Source of the DNA: Podarcis cretensis
Taxonomy: Eukaryota
DNA length: 64,000 nucleotides
Assembly (NCBI GenBank): GCA_951804945.1
Contig: OX638153.1
Span: 62,000,001 to 62,064,000, forward strand
Reading direction: 5' to 3'
Part shown: piece by piece, positions 61,801 to 64,000 of the stretch
Numbering within the stretch: the first letter of the stretch is position 1
Layout: every line of letters begins with the position of its first letter
The notes under the pieces: model-generated
Seen by the model: the letters and a program-made list of their open reading frames with translations, nothing else
The model's database searches: none
What the model was told of the DNA's origin: nothing
Translations under genes and position numbers: made by a program

Positions 61801-62509
61801 TGAAGGTATTTTATCCACAGGTAATTTTAATACCAACAGTATTTTTACTGTAAGGAATGAAAAACTTTACTTGAATAAGCAAAGTCCATTCATCCATTCT
61901 TTCTTGAACATCCATACTGGATGATGAGAACAAGTCTGAAGATGCTGAATAACCACTGTGCAATCAAAGCCATGGGCAATATCTTTGTAACAATGTCTTA
62001 CTTGAGTAAGGACATGTTTAACCACACTTTCAACATAGAATGTACAACACATACACCCTGCATATCACTGTGACCCCAAAACTGTATATAGTTGCAAGGA
62101 AGAGTGACAATAAGCAGCTAAAGTATTATAAGTATTTTCTGTCCGTGCTATCTCCTGGTGGGAAAGGAAGTAACTAACATCTATAGCCCTCAGTGCTCCT
62201 TTTAAATATTTCTCTCCCTTAGTATCATTCTGATTTATTCTAACTGAAATGTCCTCACAAAAGGGGATTTCTTCAACATTGTGACAACAGGCTCCTGCTT
62301 CTTAATTCAAGCCAGGGATATAATTAACCAGCTGTAATTAAAAAAAGCTAGTTCAACAACTCAAATATGCTTTATCATTCATCATTTGAAGCAATGCATC
62401 TGGAAGTCAACTTTTGTCAAACTCATTAGTGAAAACTTCATAAGACACAAGTATTATAGGTAACTCACCACTCAGGCCCAAAGTTAAGCGTCTGGGTTTC
62501 TGCTGCCAT
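3539..62509 (-). CDS. GIGYF2: GRB10-interacting GYF protein 2, full spliced CDS span (27 coding exons, ~1283 aa)
   Basis: Exons join in frame from [14 protein letters not shown] to [10 protein letters not shown], total 3852 nt. Splice phases are consistent; all introns GT-AG except the last (GC-AG). Contains YRYGREEML (4EHP motif), LPEW (DDX6 motif), GYF domain and E/R/Q-rich coiled coil. Confidence 0.97.
4201..4348 (-). CDS. GIGYF2: GIGYF2 coding exon 26 (DSVWGMN...[17 protein letters not shown])
   Basis: 148 nt, cag| acceptor, non-canonical AG|gcaagt donor. Confidence 0.92.
4619..5230 (+). mobile_element. Possible old solo LTR (Gypsy-like)
   Basis: Starts TGTCAC, purine-rich 5' part, AATAAA at 5180; 3' end and TSD not identified. 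Confidence 0.3.
6214..6374 (-). CDS. GIGYF2: GIGYF2 coding exon 25 ([20 protein letters not shown]...QQRQQQ)
   Basis: 161 nt, cag| ... |gttcgt. Confidence 0.92.
6903..7057 (-). CDS. GIGYF2: GIGYF2 coding exon 24 (KSIGV...[21 protein letters not shown])
   Basis: 155 nt, tag| ... |gtaagc. Confidence 0.95.
7492..7700 (-). CDS. GIGYF2: GIGYF2 coding exon 23 ([15 protein letters not shown]...GFWDDAVKE...)
   Basis: 209 nt, cag| ... |gtagga. Confidence 0.93.
7819..8040 (-). CDS. GIGYF2: GIGYF2 coding exon 22 (polyQ; [10 protein letters not shown])
   Basis: 222 nt, cag| ... |gtgagt. Confidence 0.93.
9115..9237 (-). CDS. GIGYF2: GIGYF2 coding exon 21 ([10 protein letters not shown]...[20 protein letters not shown])
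   Basis: 123 nt, cag| ... |gtaaaa. Confidence 0.94.
10040..10570 (-). mobile_element. L2-type LINE RT remnant split by MITE A
   Basis: Removing the MITE restores RLDY|[26 protein letters not shown]. Confidence 0.75.
10283..10519 (-). mobile_element. Tc1/mariner-type MITE family A (~240 bp), reverse orientation
   Basis: TIR CAGTGGTACCTYGGGTTA, TA flanks; reverse complement of the 52974 copy. Confidence 0.9.
11131..11367 (-). CDS. GIGYF2: GIGYF2 coding exon 20 ([10 protein letters not shown]...QLAQMK)
   Basis: 237 nt, aag| acceptor, |gtactg donor. Confidence 0.92.
11777..11935 (-). CDS. GIGYF2: GIGYF2 coding exon 19 ([10 protein letters not shown]...LLRKQ)
   Basis: 159 nt, cag| ... |gtgaaa. 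Confidence 0.94.
12665..12728 (+). mobile_element. CR1/SINE 3' tail fragment
   Basis: GACTAGATGACCCTTGGGTCCCTTCCAACTCT..TTCTATGA. Confidence 0.6.
13023..13181 (-). CDS. GIGYF2: GIGYF2 coding exon 18 ([10 protein letters not shown]...ARRKQ)
   Basis: 159 nt, cag| ... |gtgaca. Confidence 0.94.
13487..13587 (-). CDS. GIGYF2: GIGYF2 coding exon 17 ([11 protein letters not shown]...KAKTAK)
   Basis: 101 nt, cag| ... |gtaaga. Confidence 0.94.
14117..14217 (-). CDS. GIGYF2: GIGYF2 coding exon 16 ([25 protein letters not shown]...)
   Basis: 101 nt, cag| ... |gtacga. Confidence 0.93.
14862..14969 (-). CDS. GIGYF2: GIGYF2 coding exon 15 ([11 protein letters not shown]...ALKMR)
   Basis: 108 nt, cag| ... 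|gtaaga. Confidence 0.93.
16376..16505. mobile_element. hAT-like palindromic MITE (related copies near 7272-7408, 15570-15689, 33536-33668, 34735-34953)
   Basis: CAGGG...CACTG ends, internal inverted CTCCAGATG/CATCTGGAG; 8-bp flanks ATATAGAC/ATGTAAAC. Confidence 0.7.
16518..16609 (-). CDS. GIGYF2: GIGYF2 coding exon 14 ([14 protein letters not shown]...)
   Basis: 92 nt, cag| ... |gtaagt. Confidence 0.93.
17880..18046 (-). CDS. GIGYF2: GIGYF2 coding exon 13 ([16 protein letters not shown]...; GYF domain C-half)
   Basis: 167 nt, cag| ... |gtaaat; GPF...W..AGYF signature. Confidence 0.96.
18276..19683 (+). mobile_element. 5'-truncated L1/Tx1-clade LINE (ORF2 C-terminus + 3'UTR)
   Basis: [11 protein letters not shown] motif and YWTP...CWRC...HCP zinc knuckle with frameshifts; A-rich tail; direct repeat ATTCCAGTGAAATAAAA at 18255-18271 and 19684-19700. 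Confidence 0.85.
19728..19887 (-). CDS. GIGYF2: GIGYF2 coding exon 12 ([11 protein letters not shown]...[12 protein letters not shown]; GYF domain N-half)
   Basis: 160 nt, cag| ... |gtaagc. Confidence 0.96.
21480..21670 (-). CDS. GIGYF2: GIGYF2 coding exon 11 (DPISAVQ...[13 protein letters not shown])
   Basis: 191 nt, cag| ... |gtagag. Confidence 0.92.
21851..21888. repeat. (TTTA)n microsatellite
   Basis: Seen directly. Confidence 0.95.
21933..22130 (-). CDS. GIGYF2: GIGYF2 coding exon 10 ([20 protein letters not shown]...KVPNRE)
   Basis: 198 nt, phase 1-1, open frame, cag| ... |gtaatc. Confidence 0.87.
22213..22378 (-). CDS. GIGYF2: GIGYF2 coding exon 9 ([17 protein letters not shown]...)
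   Basis: 166 nt, tag| ... |gtaaga. Confidence 0.93.
22472..22689 (-). CDS. GIGYF2: GIGYF2 coding exon 8 (DGPRSAGW...SLPEWCLED...FLSLK; DDX6-binding motif)
   Basis: 218 nt, tag| ... |gtgaga; alternative in-frame acceptor at 22671. Confidence 0.93.
25029..25208 (-). CDS. GIGYF2: GIGYF2 coding exon 7 (VRPNFEDAG...[13 protein letters not shown]...WRPHSP)
   Basis: 180 nt, cag| ... |gtgaga; within ORF 24949..25257. Confidence 0.95.
26013..29038 (-). mobile_element. Degenerate DIRS-type tyrosine-recombinase retrotransposon with inverted terminal repeats
   Basis: YR remnants [57 protein letters not shown]; RNase H remnant VVTTDVS...LALMHF...YLNKQG; diverged ITRs at 26013-26090 and 28961-29038. Confidence 0.85.
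26784..26995 (+). mobile_element. MITE family A inserted in the DIRS YR ORF
   Basis: TIRs CAGTG(T)TACCTC...GAGGTTCCACTG, TA flanks. Confidence 0.9.
29791..29814. repeat. (CA)12 microsatellite
   Basis: Seen directly. Confidence 0.95.
30508..30590 (-). mobile_element. LINE 3' end fragment (L2-like)
   Basis: (AAT)n tail plus TACCCCGCCCATCTGGCTGGG...CCACTCTGGGCGGCT. Confidence 0.55.
31680..31942 (+). promoter_or_regulatory. Candidate KCNJ13 promoter / non-coding 5' exon
   Basis: ATTGG (31688) and CCAAT (31713) boxes, TATATA (31845), consensus donor CTG|GTAAGT at 31942. The KCNJ13 ATG exon starts at a splice acceptor, so an upstream exon is required. Confidence 0.35.
34805..34871. repeat. (AAT)n microsatellite inside a hAT-like MITE
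   Basis: Seen directly. Confidence 0.9.
36150..36470 (-). mobile_element. L2-type LINE remnant
   Basis: Minus-strand [10 protein letters not shown] motif and downstream L2-like sequence. Confidence 0.6.
37862..37883 (-). mobile_element. Sauria SINE/RTE 3' tail stub
   Basis: AAGGTAAAGGTAAAGGGACCCC = reverse complement of the (ACCTTT)n tail. Confidence 0.4.
39263..39325 (-). mobile_element. Penelope-like terminal fragment
   Basis: Minus strand reads CTGAAGAAGTGTGCAT...TTGGTCTTTAAGGTGCTACTGG. Confidence 0.5.
40529..41006 (+). CDS. KCNJ13: KCNJ13 coding exon 1
   Basis: Acceptor ttttcag| at 40525, ATG at 40529, donor ACAG|gtaatt; 478 nt. Confidence 0.96.
40529..42565 (+). CDS. KCNJ13: Inward-rectifier K+ channel Kir7.1, join(40529..41006,41946..42565), 365 aa
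   Basis: TM1-pore-TM2 with [13 protein letters not shown], including the Kir7.1-specific pore Met; [11 protein letters not shown]2 motif; C-terminus ...[10 protein letters not shown]. Nested antisense in a GIGYF2 intron as in mammals. Confidence 0.97.
41946..42565 (+). CDS. KCNJ13: KCNJ13 coding exon 2
   Basis: Acceptor tttag|GTGCATTTG, 620 nt to TAG; in frame with ORF 42017..42565. Confidence 0.96.
45070..45473. mobile_element. Old ~400-bp palindromic MITE-like repeat (related copies ~8580-8840, ~46170-46450, ~59030-59390)
   Basis: Imperfect inverted symmetry around AACAAGCCAACTTCA-AACCATGAGTTA-TGAAGTTGGATTGTT; AAACCATGGTT motifs at both ends. Confidence 0.55.
47369..47409 (-). CDS. GIGYF2: GIGYF2 coding exon 6 ([13 protein letters not shown])
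   Basis: 41 nt, tag| ... |gtatgt. Confidence 0.92.
48640..48794 (+). mobile_element. SINE with tRNA-like head and CR1-derived tail
   Basis: B-box-like GGTTTGAGCCC, then GGTTGGACTTGATGATCC...CCTTCCAACTCTACGATTCTATGA. Confidence 0.6.
48932..49043 (-). CDS. GIGYF2: GIGYF2 coding exon 5 ([16 protein letters not shown]...QSWEER)
   Basis: 112 nt, cag| ... |gtaatt; within ORF 48928..49125. Confidence 0.95.
51449..51557 (-). CDS. GIGYF2: GIGYF2 coding exon 4 ([20 protein letters not shown]...SRGR)
   Basis: 109 nt, cag| ... |gtgaga. Confidence 0.95.
52000..52706. mobile_element. pogo-like non-autonomous element with GC-rich internal tandem array
   Basis: TIR CCGTATTTTTCG(C/T)CCCATAGGAC, TA flanks; internal repeats at ~52150-52560. 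Confidence 0.88.
52974..53215 (+). mobile_element. MITE family A
   Basis: TA-CAGTGGTACC...GGTACCACTG-TA. Confidence 0.92.
53818..54058 (+). mobile_element. MITE family A
   Basis: TA-CAGTGGTACC...GGTACCACTG-TA; closely similar to the 52974 copy. Confidence 0.92.
54214..54844. mobile_element. Tigger/pogo-like MITE family B (~630 bp)
   Basis: TIRs CAGTGGTAACTTGGTTCTCAAAC / GTTTGAGAACCAAGATACCACTG, TA flanks. Confidence 0.88.
54883..54978 (-). CDS. GIGYF2: GIGYF2 coding exon 3 ([32 protein letters not shown])
   Basis: 96 nt, cag| ... |gttggt. Confidence 0.95.
55123..55430. mobile_element. Tigger/pogo-like MITE family C
   Basis: TIR CAGTGGTGCCYCGCAAGACGAA, TA flanks. Confidence 0.9.
55648..55777 (-). 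CDS. GIGYF2: GIGYF2 coding exon 2 (LRALSSGG...[17 protein letters not shown], 4EHP-binding motif)
   Basis: 130 nt, tag| acceptor and |gtaagt donor; YXYX4L-phi motif. Confidence 0.95.
56898..58182. mobile_element. pogo-like non-autonomous element with internal ~154-bp tandem array
   Basis: TIRs CCGTATTTTTCGCTCTATAACACGCA / TGCGTGTTATAGAAGGAAAAATACGG, TA flanks. Confidence 0.9.
57030..57725. repeat. Tandem repeat, ~154-bp unit x ~4.5
   Basis: GATGGTGAATTTGGG recurs at 57041, 57195, 57351, 57499, 57653. Confidence 0.95.
60905..61258. mobile_element. Tigger/pogo-like MITE family C (second copy)
   Basis: Same TIRs and body as the 55123 copy; different internal GCTTAGCGG-type repeats. Confidence 0.9.
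62469..62509 (-). CDS. GIGYF2: GIGYF2 coding exon 1 ([14 protein letters not shown]); exon begins at 62529 with 20 nt 5'UTR
   Basis: ATG at 62509, donor TG|gtgagt, upstream acceptor tttttcag| at 62530; 41 coding nt. Confidence 0.93.
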
Positions 62510-62729
62510 TTTTAAAAAAAAGTTTTAACCTGAAAAAGAAATGTAAGAACATGAATCAGTAATCTTATATCAACATATGATAAGCTAAAATTGTTCCAAT
62601 CCAGACATTCCTAACTGCATCAACATTTAGAGCTGATATTTTCCCTGCTGTTTAGGTGGGATAGGGAGCAGGGGGTGCCTGGAGTTATTTCTCCCCATTC
62701 AAAGGGGAAAGAGTGAGGGGCTGTGCCCT

Positions 62730-62985
62730 CATAGAATCAGAGTTGGAAGCGATACCAAGGGCATAGCTGTCAACTTTCCCCTTTTCTTGTGAGGATTCCT
62801 ATTTGGAATAAGGGAATTTCCCTTTAAAAATGGGAAACGTTGACAGCGATGCAAGGGTCATATAGTCCAACCCTCTGCAATGCAGCAATCTCAGCAAAAG
62901 AATCTATGACAAAAGGCCATCCAACGTCTGCTTAAAAACCTTCAAAGGACAGTCCACCACCTTCCAAGGGAGTCTGCTCTACTCA
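62730..62985 (-). mobile_element. CR1-type LINE 3' end fragment (interrupted by the mini-element)
   Basis: Reverse complement of the CR1-like tail GGTTGGACTA.ATGACC...TTCCAACTCT..TTCTATGA. Confidence 0.65.
62762..62851. mobile_element. 90-bp TIR mini-element with 6-bp TSD
   Basis: CATAGCTGTCAACTTTCCC...GGGAAACGTTGACAGCGATG, flanked by CAAGGG on both sides. Confidence 0.75.
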
Positions 62986-63867
62986 GATATGAGAAATCCT
63001 CCTCCACTTATAGGGCAGAAGAGTTGCTAGATTCTCCCTATAGCCCTATATCCACAGCAAGTTCCTGAAACACAGCTCGAGTAATCCATGTACAGAAACC
63101 ACTTTTCATACACAGAACACCTCTCACTGGCCGAAGGCCAATCTTTCAACTTCTAATAAGCAATTAAAATTGTTATTTCAAAATAACTCTTAACAACTTC
63201 AGTAAAATCCTGTATTATTACCAGGGGTCCACAAATGTTGGCTTGCCTTACAAGTCAGATATAATTTGTGTTCACCACCTATGCACCTATGCACATATCA
63301 TGCTGGGCTTCAGAGAAGGCAGAAGCAGCAAGTCTCTCATCATATTTCTTCTTGTTTCAAAGCTCAGCAGCATGCCATAAGAAAATCTTCTCATGATTCA
63401 GAAGATGGAAGGCAGAATGAATGATGTTATTATATTGAAGAAGGGCCCTTGGCCTTGGCAAATGGATTTGTGGAGGCTTCAATATTACAAATAATATTCC
63501 TAAATAATTATATTTAGACATTATACATGGCTAACAAAAAGCCACTCATGAGGTTGCTCGCAACAAGAAATGCCTCCAGGCAACCATAAAGCGAAAGCTA
63601 TGAGACTGAAATAGAGTTCTTATTTCCTTCAAGCCATTTACATACTACAAATGACTAACATAAGAATAAGTGGGTGGGCAGTAACTTACAAGACAGACAG
63701 AATCAGTGTGATTATTTTTGCTTAAAGATAAAAGCTATGTTGTAAAAAAAGCAACTAAGCATCTTCAGAGAGCTTTGGTTTTTGTAGGAAGCAACAATGC
63801 TCTATTAAATGCTACAATAATACACAGTATACAGTCCACTTTCCTGTTTTAAGTACAAAGAATATTA

Positions 63868-63959
63868 CAGTGGTACCTCGGGTTAAGTACTTAATTCGTT
63901 CCGGAGGTCCGTACTTAACCTGAAACTGTTCTTAACCTGAAGCACCACTTTAGCTAATG
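63868..63959 (+). mobile_element. MITE family A, 5' part, interrupted
   Basis: Matches the first ~90 nt of the 52974 copy, then switches abruptly to unrelated sequence. Confidence 0.85.
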
Positions 63960-64000
63960 TCTAAGACTGGCCAGGTGCCTGTTCTGGAGGGGGGTTGCGT

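Overview
Eukaryotic genomic DNA from a squamate reptile; the repeat content suggests a lacertid lizard (inference). The window holds the complete coding region of GIGYF2 on the minus strand: 27 coding exons, ATG at 62509, TGA at 3539-3541, 3852 nt, about 1283 aa, with the 4EHP-binding, DDX6-binding and GYF motifs intact. The last intron is GC-AG. KCNJ13 (Kir7.1, 2 coding exons, 365 aa) is nested on the plus strand inside the ~22 kb GIGYF2 intron between coding exons 6 and 7, as in mammals. The introns are rich in mobile elements: a degenerate DIRS tyrosine-recombinase retrotransposon with both inverted terminal repeats, a 5'-truncated L1/Tx1 LINE with target-site duplication, ten TA-flanked Tc1/mariner/pogo MITEs (two carrying internal tandem arrays), hAT-like palindromic MITEs, and L2, CR1, SINE and Penelope fragments. 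No prokaryotic features are present, and I found no clearly novel protein-coding system. The best leads are a candidate poison exon, a candidate KCNJ13 promoter/5' exon, an inverted MITE pair that could drive circRNA formation, and MITE-borne tandem arrays. All coordinates were read by eye.
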